Shown here one piece after another: positions 51,481 to 62,986 of a stretch of 64,000 bases of DNA. The translations under genes were made by a program, and so were the position numbers. Under the pieces are notes generated by a model, which was given only the letters and a program-made list of their open reading frames with translations, made no database searches and had not been told where the DNA came from. Within the stretch, counting starts at the first letter, position 1, and the number at the start of each line of letters is the position of its first letter. The DNA is from Lama glama. Its lineage: Eukaryota. The DNA lies in the NCBI GenBank assembly GCA_028534125.1, contig CM052816.1, positions 57,786,001 to 57,850,000 of the forward strand. The letters run 5' to 3'.

Positions 51481-53587
51481 CTGGTAATCAAAATGATTCA
51501 ATGAACCAAACAATGGGACCTGAAGAAGAGGACAGATAGGCTATGGCATGCACTCCGCTAGGTGCTGGGGACACAGTAAAGAATGAGGTTCTCTCACTGT
51601 CTGGAGGGGAACGTGCAGAATTAAAGATGATCAGAAGAATCCTGGGGTACAGAAGTATATGAGGCATTTAAATAAACAAACGAGGTTTGTTAGAGGCCCA
51701 CATACTCTGTGAAATAAAAGGAAAAAACGCAGATTTAATCATCTTAATTTGCCAGCAACCTGCTAGGACAGTGTGAGCGTATGTCAGAGAATAGCAGGGG
51801 TCTTGCATTTGTAAGCCCATCAGAATGGAACTGTCTTTCTGTGTTCCTGAAGAGGAACAAGAAAAGGAGCAGGGTGATGTTCTGTCCCCCTCAAGTATGG
51901 CTTTGTCCCCCATGTAGGATAGCAGACAACCAACAGATGCACTTTACAATGTAGACCAATCTCTCTGTTTTTCTCGGCTCAGGAAAAGGCATATGTGAAC
52001 TACAGTCACCTAGCTAAACAAGTTAAATGCAGTTTTGAAGACAATCTGGTGACCAAACAAGTACCTTATGATTATATGTAAATCAGATTTTAGGAAGAGT
52101 CATATGTGAATGAATCCCAGATACCAGGGTTGGGAAGCTCTGATTTTAAAAAATGGTATTTTTTTAACCTTCTGCTGAAATCACTGAGGAAAGTCACAGT
52201 AGCATTATGGATAGGCTATTCTAAACATATATACTACTAACTAGAATGATGAGTGTACTTTTAAAGAAACATTTCAAAATCCAATTATAGAAGTTATAAA
52301 AAAAGTTCATTACCTCATTTACAACAGTTACAAAGTAAGTTATATCAAAATATCAAGTTATACACCTTAAATATATACAATTTTTATTTGTCAGTTAAAC
52401 CTCAATAAAACTGGGGAAAAGAAGAAATAAGTTATTAAAAAGCAATCTAGTGTAGTGATTAAGGATTTTTAGACTGAATCCAAAATGACAGTTTAAGTCC
52501 CAGCTGTTTTACCTATTAACTGTGTAGACATGAGCAAATTAATTACCCACTCTGTGCCTCAGTTTCCTCATTTGCAAAATGGAAATAATAAAAGAACTCA
52601 AAGAGTTTTTATAAGGATTAAATGAGATGACGTGCCTGGCACACGGTACGTGTTCCATATATGTTACCACTTGTAAAATGTAGGGCATGCTGAGGAAAAC
52701 ATCTTTAAAAATCAATATATTTCAGTAAGTAGTCTCATGAGAAATTTTGTATCAGATTAAACACGTAACAAAGCAAAACCAAAGGTTTTCCCAATTTAAA
52801 TGACATTCACACTAATAAAAGTGCTAGAAAGTCAGAGAGATGATGTTTCACCTCTTCTGACAAATGCTCGAGTTCGAGGATCTAAAATCTCTCTAAACCA
52901 AACAAAATAGCATGACTAGGAGGAGATGAAGTTGCTCCCCCTTTTTGGCTCATTCTTCCCCAACTATGGGCTGCCTGTCTCAGGAAGAGAGAGAACAGGC
53001 TGGTCAGGCCAAGGACCCCCCTCTTCCCATTTGTCCAGCTGTCCACAAACAGAGGGCGAGGACAGCAACCAGGCAGAGTCGTTAGCATCAATAAAGGGAT
53101 TAAGAGCCAGACTTTGAATGTTTACGACAGAAGTAAGAGTGGAAAAAGTGTTCAGAATGCTATGCTTTGTTACTCTTGTAAACATCTGATAGCTTTGGGA
53201 GATAAAAAGAAGACTGAGAGGAAAACAAGTCAGAGGATCTCAAATGATTCAACTTTATGAAACTGAAACAGCAGAATCAGGTTTGCTGATACAATGTGAC
53301 TGTGAATTAGCATAATCCCTTCTGGAAAATAATCTGGCAGGCTGTATGGACAAGCTTTGAAAGGCTCATACCCTCTGATCTCAGAAAGAAAACACAAATG
53401 AGCTTTATGCATAGAGTTTGATCATCATGGCTTTATTCATACTGGTGAAAAATCAGAAAATTGTAGCCATTCCATAGGGGCACAGTTAGTTCAAATACCT
53501 AGCATACAATGGAAAAGTGTATAGCCCTTAAAATACGATTCCTAACAAGCAAAAAATTAATATGATAATACGAATTAGAAAACAACT

Positions 53588-53710
53588 TGGGGGAGGGTAT
53601 AGCTCAGTGGTAGAGTGCGTGCTTAGCATGCACGAGGTCCTGCGTTCACTCCCCAGTACTTCCATTAAATTAAAAAAAATTTTTTTAAGACTAAAAAAAA
53701 GAAAAGAAAA
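53588..53710 (+). mobile_element. tRNA-derived SINE (vic-1-like) inside an old L1 fragment
   Basis: GGGGGAGGGTATAGCTCAGTGGTAGAGTGCGTGCTTAGCATGCACGAGGTCCTGCGTTCACTCCCCAGTACTTCC plus A-rich tail. Confidence 0.88.
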
Positions 53711-53831
53711 TATCATTTTATTACACAGTAATAACTACAGCTATGTAAAGTAAACCCTACCAAAACCACAAAATCTTTGCATGAAAAAAATCAGAGAAAA
53801 TATATCAAGATATTAACAGTGGTTTCCTGGA

Positions 53832-54284
53832 TATGGTAGACAGGCCCCCAAGATAGCCACCATTAGTTCCTCCTCTCCCCGCTCCATCCACCCGGAGGTG
53901 GAATTCCTTCCCCTCCCAGTGAATCTGGGCTGGCCTGTAACTTGCCCTGACCAAGAAAATGGGGTGGAAGTGAGGATGCGCCAGTCTGGGCAGCTCTGCA
54001 AGGCCTGCAGCCTGTGCTGGGTGTTAGTGCTGGACTCAGGCACAGTGAGATACTTCAGGGGGAGACAGGGGCCATGTACAGGGGCACTAAGGCATCAGAA
54101 ATGCAAAGGAAGCCTTCTTGGGCCTTCCAGCTCAGCCCACTCAGCTGACTGCAGATAAGCAGGTAACATCAGCTGAGATCAGCCTCAATTCCTGACCCTC
54201 AGAGGTGTGATAAATAATAATCAGTCGTCATTTTAAGTCATTAAGTTCAGGTGTGATCTGTTATGCAGCAAGAGAACCGAAACA
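53832..54284 (+). mobile_element. MaLR LTR (MLT1F/G/H-like)
   Basis: TATGGTAGACAGGCCCCCAAGATAGCC...TGAATCTGGGCTGGCCTGTAACTTGC...TTTTAAGTCATTAAGTT...TTATGCAGCAAGAGAACCGAAACA. Confidence 0.75.
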
Positions 54285-55300
54285 GCAGAATCTGTGGTAC
54301 ATTTCTTCTTTCTACAATAGGTATTTTTGGTGTTTTTCAAATTTTCAATGAAATTTGTGTAACTTTTTTCTTTTTCTTTTTAAAAACAACATTAATTTTT
54401 TCACATTATAAAATGAATAATGTCCATTATAGACAGTTTTGAGAAATCAGAAGAGTACACATTTAGACAAACAAAAAATAAAATGTGTAATTCCCAGAGA
54501 ACCACAGTTAACTTTTAGTATTATTCTACATACAAATACTTCATATTTTTCTCTATAAATGTACAGTATAAATACAGGTCCATGTGTAGAAATACCTCTT
54601 TAAAGAATGGCAAAAAGAAGCAATTAATTTAATTTTAGAAATGAAGCCCGTTGACTTGGTGTCATGCTTCTCCCAAGTAAGTGAAACCTTTGCTGGGCTT
54701 TGCCGTGATTGCATGAGTTCCTTCTGACGGGGGAAACTCTATAATGGATCAGACACAGTGCACATGATAGACATAAGCCTGGAGGAGGGAGACTAGTTAG
54801 GAAGGAGTCCACGGAAGTGATTCCAGTGAGACACTGGACTAAGGCACTCGTTATAGGGACAGAGAGAGGAAGGCTGGAGATGAGAGATACCAGAATTGGA
54901 CTCAGTAGGATTTCTTACCCCATCAGGGAGGAGGGCAAATGAGATCAGAGGAAAGAATGACTTGTCATTGTGACAGGAAACACAACAAGAAAAAGAAATC
55001 TGTGTAAGGTGAGTGTGAAGACTGAGGGAATGTGTTAAGTGGGGTTAGTGAGGGGCTGGTGATTGCCTGGGGCGTGAATTATCTTTTTCTATCTTCAACA
55101 CCTGGCATGTAGTAGGACCTCAGTGTTTGCTAAATGAGTGAATATGAATGTGTGGAGCTCAAGGCAGGCATCTGGGCAAGAGATCTGGAAGTCATCATCG
55201 TGTAGGTGACAGCAGAAATCTTGGAAACAGATGAGATGGGTCAGGAAAAGGAGTGAGTGAGAAGAGACAAGGCTGGCAGGATTCGCAGGAAGGGCCTCAC

Positions 55301-55430
55301 CTGTAAATGACATTTTTAGCCAGCTCCATATCATCTCGGGACTCACACAAATGAAGCAAGGTTCTCAACTCCTCTTTCAAGATGAGCTTGTTCTGGGTCA
55401 GTTTCTCTTCCAAGTTTCTCAAATAGGTTT
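55301..55430 (-). CDS. PTCD2: PTCD2 exon 3
   Basis: Acceptor tttctttcag; (E)[42 protein letters not shown](R); donor AG|GTGAGG; 130 nt. Confidence 0.96.
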
Positions 55431-57420
55431 CTGAAAGAAAGCACAGTGTGGTGGCCATCACTCAGGCTGACTGGGACTGTCAGGAGTCTGACTTCAGGGA
55501 GAAGGGAGGCTAGAACCTGGCACATGGCAACCGGCTGCTGAGAGGGGCTCATGGCCACGTAGTTCCCTCACTGGCTGGTCTCGGGAGCAGAGTGCCAGAG
55601 AAGCAATGCATCTGTGTCATAGGGCACTGGCCCAGGCCCCACAAGACTTTCCAGCACAATCTCTGGGAGTAGGAGCACAAAAATATACATTTTTGACTAC
55701 CTGGGTGATGTTTATGCACACCAAATTTTGAGAACTAATGGCCCAGAGGCTTAGCCCAATGAACTGTATCTACAAGTGACCCATGAGAAATAAGGAAAAA
55801 AAAGAAAATGTAACCAAGATATTCAAATAATCAAGTGGCCAGGTACCTAGCAGGAAACTGAAAGGAAAATATGAACTGAAGATGGGTTAATCCACAATGG
55901 ATGACTCACTTGATTCAGGAATACTTCACGTCTCTCACTTGGTTCAACTCTACCTCTTTTCCGTTCCTTCTGGCCTCTCTCTGCTCAGTTGTAGGAACGT
56001 GTGCACGACATAATGCGCTGGGTAAAAACGTTCTCTAAACAGCAGCAAACCCTCTTTCAGTAACAGAATCACTTCAAAGTGATCACAGTCTATGTCCCTT
56101 ATCTTGTATTGGTCACCTATGGAGACAGTCAAACACCAAAAGGAAACACTGCTGCTTGGCAATAGGAAGGGACTGTATTCTCGCCAGAATGTGGGGTGAG
56201 AGGCAAGGCAGGCACCAAGCAAGCATCTGCTTTGCAGAAGGCAGGGCTGTTCGCAGTATCAGAAGCTGCCAAGAAAAGTCTCCAGGATTTGCTCCAAGGC
56301 CCAGAGCCTGGGAGGAATGCTGCCTAAAGGAATGGCGTGATATACATTAAAAACATAAGATCAGGAAGCTGAGGCGGATACTGCTCTCAATTTATGAGAA
56401 AAGGGCCACTTGGTTTGAATTAATGCAGTGGACCCTCCATTCTTTATCTGCAGATCCAGATAAAGGTTAAAGGTTATAGAGTTAATGGTTAAAGGTTTTA
56501 GAGACGGGAAAACATGGACTGAAATTTAAGCCCTGCCACTTGCATGCTATGGGGAGATGCCCGTCCGTGGGACTTGACTGATGTATAAAATGAGGATGAT
56601 GACACCTGCCTGAGATAACATAAGCAAAGCAATCAGCACAGGGCCAACTGCCAGGAAATCAGACATTATTGTTCTTAGTTTCATTCCTTCTGTCACTTGT
56701 CAGATTTAAGAGGATTTTTTTTAATAAATATTTCTAAAAAATTTTGAATCTAAAAGATTTTAATGGGGTGGAGACACAAGGAAGGATAAGGTATGGTCCC
56801 TGCCCTGAAAGAACTTAAAGTCTATTCAAGAGACAAGATGTATTTATACAAAGCCACCTGAAAACAGTGACAGAGTAGGTGATTCGTCACTGAATATAAA
56901 CTTAACAGGAGAGAAGAGAAAAATCAGGGCAGCAGAAACAGACTAGGCCTGGTGGAACTAGAGAGGTACCAGAAGGGAAGGAAGGGGCCAGACAGCATTT
57001 GAGAAACTGAGGGGAGCAGGGTTTTGTTGGTATGGGAATCGGCATGAGAAACAGCAGAGAACTGGGGGGAAAGGTGGTAAGGGGAAGACTGTGACTAGAT
57101 TAACAGGAAATCACATCAGATTCCAGAACAGGTGAGGTCCACTATGGAAAAGCTAGGAAGCTGGGGAGGGGGGCAGTTTGAACATGATGTGATCTATAAC
57201 AGAGTACCACTGTGGGTTCTTCTAATGATGGAACGTGGAAAGCATTTTATAAATACCTGACAATGGAGTAGATTGGCACTCATATTAATTGCCTTTCAGA
57301 ACATATGCACAACAATTACAGCCTTAGAAAGATTGTAACAATTGGATAAACAACTAGTGACATGAAGCCCTAACTGTAAACTTCACAGATCTCCAAAAGA
57401 CCTGGGGTAAAAAGACAAGA

Positions 57421-57634
57421 CTATAAATTGGGAGTTTGGGATTTGCAGATACTGACTACTATACATAGACTAGATGAGCAACAGGATCCTACTGTGTAGC
57501 ACAGGGAACTATATTCAATACCTTGTAGTAGCCTATAATGAAAAGGAATACATATATGTACAACTGAATCACTGTGCTGTACACTAGAAATTAACACAAC
57601 ATTGTAAATCGACTATACCTCAATTAAAAAAAAA
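57421..57634 (+). mobile_element. Short L1 3' end
   Basis: GGGAGTTTGGGATTTGCAGATAC...AGCACAGGGAACTATATTCAATA...CAACATTGTAAATCGACTATACCTCAATT followed by poly(A). Confidence 0.88.
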
Positions 57635-58678
57635 GACTCAAGTGAAATCTAGATTGAGTCCACCAAAGTGGAGATTGTTCTCCCTCTCTCTTATCCTCCT
57701 GCTCTGTAGGTGGTTTTATATAACAGCAACAAGCATAGTGGTGAAAGAAGACTGATTTCTGAAGGGCTGAACTGTGAGAGATGGGAAGCCAGAAGGGTTA
57801 ATTAAGTGCTCATAATATCTGACAGTGAGAAAAAGGAGAGCAGAAAAAGTCAATAGGGACAAACGAAAGAGTTATGAAAAAAGGAGAGTCTTGCTGTGTT
57901 TATAAAGGAATCTTGAAGTACTGGGAAAATCTCAATGTGCAGGACAGAGGGAATGAGTGCAACAAGATTTCTCAAATGCTGAAAGGCAATACGACCTAGG
58001 GTGGCAGTGCTGTGTTTTTAGTTTTTTATAATAAAAATTTTCAAACATACCTAAAAGTAGAACAGTATAATGACTTCCTATGTGCCCATCACCCAGCCAC
58101 AATTATCAATGTTTTGCTAATTTTTTAAAGAAACTTTTTAGTCTACTGATTGTTCCAGCAGAGTAGAAAATATGAAAATGCATCATACATATCACTGTTT
58201 TGCTTCATTTTATTCATTTATATAGATGTGTGTGTCCTGCAGATGCGATGCAAAATTTATTTTGCACTGAGGGTTGCATTAAAAAGTTTGAAAGCCAGTT
58301 CATCTGCAGCAGTTCTCGGACTCTATTGTACATATGCATCATGTGGGGCCCAAGGTTTGGCATTTCTATCAATCTCTCAGTTGCTGCTGACTCTTAAACC
58401 TTACTTAGAGAGGCACGGATCTAGAAGACTGATAGTGGCACTAGTTTTAGTATTTCTCTGGGATCCTGGGAGAAGGGATAAGAGGAGAGCTGTAGACTCC
58501 ACAGTATTAGAGAGTCAGGTGAAAAGGTGCATGTGAGGGTAGACTAGGAAGCTAAGAATAAACAATCTCAATTTTTTCTGAGACATAAGGTCATTGAAGG
58601 AGAGCCTGAATAGAGAGAAAGACAGAAGAAAGTTGAATGACAGATCACTGAAAGAATTAACAAAATAGATTTGATTAC

Positions 58679-58771
58679 CTTTGGTACCAGGAAGATTACA
58701 TCCAACAGCCACCTTCTTATGCTGAAATTCTTTTAATTTCACAATATTATCTGTAAGTAGGTATCTTTTAG
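58679..58771 (-). CDS. PTCD2: PTCD2 exon 2
   Basis: Acceptor ttctctaatttttag; (A)[30 protein letters not shown]; donor G|GTAATC; 93 nt. Confidence 0.96.
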
Positions 58772-58951
58772 CTAAAAATTAGAGAAAGAAAAAAGGTAAA
58801 ATCATTTTGACTGGTTTATACTTTGCAAATGAGTAGAGCCTGATTGCCTCTTTCTAATAAATGATCTCGTCTTCACTTAGTATAAATAATCCATCTAGAC
58901 AGGTACAAGTATAACAAGTGGGTAAAAAACTTTCCAAACTACCGGACAAGT

Positions 58952-59005
58952 TGTGTGTGTGTGTGTCTGTGTGTGTGTGTCTGTGTGTGTGTGTGTGTGT
59001 GTGTG
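58952..59005. repeat. (TG)n microsatellite with two TC interruptions, PTCD2 intron 1
   Basis: Read directly. Confidence 0.95.
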
Positions 59006-60072
59006 AGTGAAAGGAGCTATTGATTGTTTATGGGGATGGGTAGACAGGGTTCTGGGATCTGAAAGACAAATGGATAGTAAAACAGGTATATCTAGTTTGG
59101 GTTTATCTAGGTAGAAGCATACAGGGTAGAGGAAAAAGCTATAGTGTGACCACTGGAATTCCCAATCGTGTTATTGGTGAAACGAGGAGTTACCACCTCT
59201 TAGATATGGACTTCTGGTATCCTCTAGACATATCAGGAATCAAGTAGAAATGGTGAGCTTGGGAAACATTACTTCTCTAGGATGCTGGGCTGTGCATGAA
59301 GAGGAGCTTGGTCAAAGAATTGTCCACTAAAAGAGCTCTGTGTACTGCAATAACGATGTAACAACAAAAAAACCCCCAAAAGCAAACAAACAAAAAACTG
59401 CTGCTGATTTTCTAGCAAAGCAGTCCAGAGAAGTGGTTATAGCAGGACTCTATTGTTGGGTCGCCTGTTTTCAAATCCTTCCTCTACGCGTTCCTTCCGA
59501 CCTTGGGCAAATTACTTAGCCTTGCGGTTTCCTCCTCTGTAAAGGAAGAAAAGAGTAGTACCTTTCTCACTGGATGTTGGGAGAAGAAAAGTAATGAATG
59601 TATGTAAAATGCATTAAAGCCTGACATACCTGTTAAATATTTTATTTTCACACACCAGAGTTTTCAAGTTTAATCATTTTCATAAAGATATTAAGGGATA
59701 ATTTTACAAATAAACATGCTCAAGGTCTTGCAAATAGCTGCAGAGCTGGACTCCAAACTCGGAGTCTTAGACCTCCCCTCCCAAGCTCTGCCGCACAGTA
59801 CACCTAAGGGGGAGGGAGTGTTCCTGGAGAGCAGCATCCCGCAATCCAGGACAATACTACAAGGTCATGACCCAGCACAGCTTTCCTTTGATTCGCAGGC
59901 ACACAGGCGTCCACGACCGCTGCACCCACGCGCACAGGGCAGGGTATGCCCGGCTGCTCTAGGCCAGGAAGTGACTGCAGCGCTGTTATTTCTCCAAAGA
60001 GACACCCGCTGCGGTGTAAAGCTCCCTTCTGTCCCATCCCTCCCTTCCTTCACGGCCCGAGGCCGCAGATAC

Positions 60073-60187
60073 CTCCGACAGGGCAGCGGCAGCATGCGGA
60101 GCCTGAGCCTCCCACCCTGGTATACACCAGATTCCGCAGCGCCTGCAGCAGCAGAACTTCCTTCGCAGGCCGAAAGGCAGCCGCCAT
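60073..60187 (-). CDS. PTCD2: PTCD2 coding exon 1 (mitochondrial PPR protein; presequence region)
   Basis: Translates to [38 protein letters not shown] + 1 nt, matching the recalled human PTCD2 N-terminus (MAAAFRP...VGGSGS...CRCPLG). Donor G|GTATC; 115 nt, phase 1. Confidence 0.93.
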
Positions 60188-60311
60188 GCTGTCCCGGGCC
60201 GCACCAACTGCGGGAGGCAGGGGAGGGGGGCGGAGCGTCGACTTGCCTGTGACCCCTCCCCTTCCTGTGCCCTCAGGCCCCGGACCGGCATTCCGCTTGG
60301 TATGCTCCAAG

Positions 60312-60384
60312 ATGGCGGCACCCATAGTGCGGCGCGGGATCCTCCTGGCGCGGAAAGTGTTGCTGCCTCAGCTCTCCCTGGCAG
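60312..60384 (+). CDS. MRPS27: MRPS27 coding exon 1 (mitoribosomal small subunit protein mS27, PPR); remaining exons lie beyond the window
   Basis: [24 protein letters not shown] + G matches recalled human [25 protein letters not shown]. Donor CAG|GTTGGT; 73 nt, phase 1. Known head-to-head synteny with PTCD2. I did not find exon 2 before 64000. Confidence 0.93.
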
Positions 60385-61565
60385 GTTGGTGGCTGCTACC
60401 TTTGTGGGGCTGCTTCATTAGGCCCCTGAGAACTCTGTTCCTTGAGAGAAGGGAGCGTTGGGCTTTCAAGGGGAGAGGAAATGCTTCTGGAATCTAGTTG
60501 CTAGAGAGACCATTTGAGGTGCTTGGTAGCCAAGAGGGGAGGTAAGTTCTCTGACCCGTCGTCTCCTTCGCTAAAGTGTCGGCCCGTTCAAAGATGTGAA
60601 GAGCAGAGGAAGTCGCGGCGGCATTAGGGCTTTGGCGTGTAATTTGCCAGGTTTGTGTGTTAGAGTGGTCATCTTTTTGCTGCCCATGAAAAGCCCAAAT
60701 GTGACCACCCCTGGGGCTATGAAACTTTCCTCCCTGTTAAGTTTCCTTGAAGGGACATCATAAACGTTCTCCTCACTACCTCACACGTGGCCAGACACTT
60801 GGTTTTCACCTGGTGGAGGAATTTCTCAGTACTAACCTCACTTTACCTCATGACCTTGGGCACAACTTTTGATTGACCTTTCTTTGCTAAAGTTTTCCAT
60901 GCAGACAATAAATGGTAGTAGTTACTTTTAAAGTACTTTGGTATCTGAGTGAATGAGAGCCCACTCAAAACTTGTTTAAAGAATCTGCTGATGAAGACAT
61001 TGGAAAAGTTTTTCAATTTACAAAAGCTAAATCCTGACAGGTGTATCCGATTATATAATTAAACTAGGATAGTCACAGCTGATTTTTCCAATGCTTGTTA
61101 TCTCTTACCAACATACCTCCTCTACCCCCTGTTTAAAAGCAGCACGCACTTGTTCAGGTTCTTTAGGAACAGTCTTTAAATATCAACTGAAACCTCATAG
61201 TTGGCCACCAAAAGTTTGCTAAGGATTAACTGGTTGACCTAGCAAATGAAAATATTTAATGCCACACATTAGATAAAGAGGTGTGCACAGTACTTGGCAC
61301 CTCAGAATTAACTGTTACAACTATTTAACTGTTGTAACTATTTACCAGCATGTTTAATTATGGTTGTTATTGTTGTTAGTAAATGCTTTTCACTTTAAAC
61401 TAGACGTTGGATTGTCAAACAGGGAGAGTATCGTTGTTGCTTAGGTTGTTTGGGGGCGATCATTCTAACAGGAAAGGAAAGGAAATTAGTTACAAGTGAA
61501 TTGAGAGAATTTCTAGTTAGCATTTTGGTCTTAGTTTGAACTGGTGAATTTGTGGTCGGTTACAC

Positions 61566-61764
61566 CTGTGCTATTGTAGTAGCTACTAGATATGTGTGGC
61601 TATTTAAGTTAGTTAAAATTAAGTAAAATTAAAAATTCAGTTCGTTAGTCATATTAGCTATGTTTTAAGTGCTCAGTAGGCACCTGTGGCTAATACCTAC
61701 TATATTGGGCAGCTCAGAATTGAACATTTCCTTTATTACAGAAAGTTATATTGCACAAGCACTG
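61566..61764. mobile_element. MER3 (hAT-Charlie)
   Basis: GTAGCTACTAGATATGTGTGGCTATTTAA...AAAAATTCAGTTC...ACATTTCCTTTATTACAGAAAGTTATATTG. Confidence 0.8.
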
Positions 61765-62631
61765 GGTTAGACCATAGATGAAAGAAGTCTTGAAATCAGG
61801 AACTGGACGCTATAAGGCGAGTGATATAAGTATGTAGGATAGTACATTATGCACCACTAGGGGGTTGAGAATGCTGATAAGGAACTCTTAAGTCATCAAA
61901 ACATCTTGAACCATTACAGGATAAAAGAGGAAAAATGTTCTAATTTGTATAAATTCATGACAGATCAATATTGGGAACACTTTGGTGCTTCCATTGATTC
62001 ACCTTACAACATATTGGAAAAGAGCAACTAAACTGATCAAGAGGATGAAAGGAAATTTTATTGAGATAAACCAAAAAAGTGAAGAGGCTAGAGAAGGAAA
62101 CTTATTGGGCACTTACTACATATTGGACATTAGGCTGGGCACTTAATATATGTCCTCATTTAAATTGTGATGCAGTATTTCCCTGTTTTACATATAAAGG
62201 AAGAGGCTCAGAGGCATGGTGTTACTTGCTGACATTTTCATAGTATTTATTAGCACAGCAAAGATTCACACTTAGATTTTGTGACTCTAAAGCCTATCTG
62301 TGTCCACAATCACACTGCTTCCTTTTGGATGTGAAGCTTGTTTGCAGACATTTTAGCGAAGGCCAGAATAACTATAAAATATACACAGAATAACTATGAA
62401 ATAAACACATTTTTACTGAACTTTCAAATTCTGGTCCTTGGAGATATCTTTTCAAAATTAAATAGAGGAAATATTTCTTTTTATAGTGGATACTTAGAAT
62501 ATTGTTGTTTCAAAAGTTGACTGTCTGAAGGGTAAGCAGGCTCAAGAAAGAGTTGTGTATACTCTTGAGTGGCATAATCAGAGTAGGATTACATGGTCTC
62601 AGAACTCAATATGTGAGACTGATTATCCTAT

Positions 62632-62778
62632 CCCCTTGCTACTTCAGTGTTGTCTGAAGGTCAGCATCATTACCTGGGAACTTTTGGAAATGCAGAATCT
62701 CTGTCCCCACCTCAGACCTCCTGAATCAGAATCTGCATTTTATCAGGATTCATATGCACATTAAAGTTTGAAGAGCTG
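62632..62778. mobile_element. MER5A1-like (hAT-Charlie)
   Basis: ACCTGGGAACTTTTGGAAATGCAGAATCTC...CAGACCTCCTGAATCAGAATCTGCATTTT...ATGCACATTAAAGTTTGA. Confidence 0.8.
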
Positions 62779-62986
62779 ATCTAGATTTTACATTTTGCCA
62801 TTGTCCACTCAATTTAATGTTCTGTCTGACTTTGTAGAAAGTCTTTGGTTCTGATGTTACATGTACAGACCTTCCAACTATTATACAGAGGTGGAAAGAA
62901 CTTTAAGTGATGCCATTTAAAAGTATCTCAGAAAGATTAACATCCTGCTTTAAAAGATTTACAGAAAATGGAATGTCTTTCTAAGA

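Larger units (their letters stand above)
59890..60640. promoter_or_regulatory. CpG island / bidirectional promoter of PTCD2 and MRPS27
   Basis: Only strongly CpG-dense, GC-rich region in the window. Divergent ATGs at 60187 and 60312, GC box GGGCGG at 60228-60233, ETS-like CTTCCTGT at 60261-60268, no TATA box between the ATGs. Confidence 0.88.

Noticed and set aside
53588..53665. tRNA-like sequence (and three similar copies)
   Set aside because: G-rich leader, A-rich tail, TSDs in related copies and no proper acceptor stem: SINE, not a tRNA gene.
59716..60252. 178-aa + strand ORF antisense to PTCD2 exon 1
   Set aside because: Pro/Ala/Arg/Gly-rich translation typical of CpG-island stop depletion; no recognisable family.
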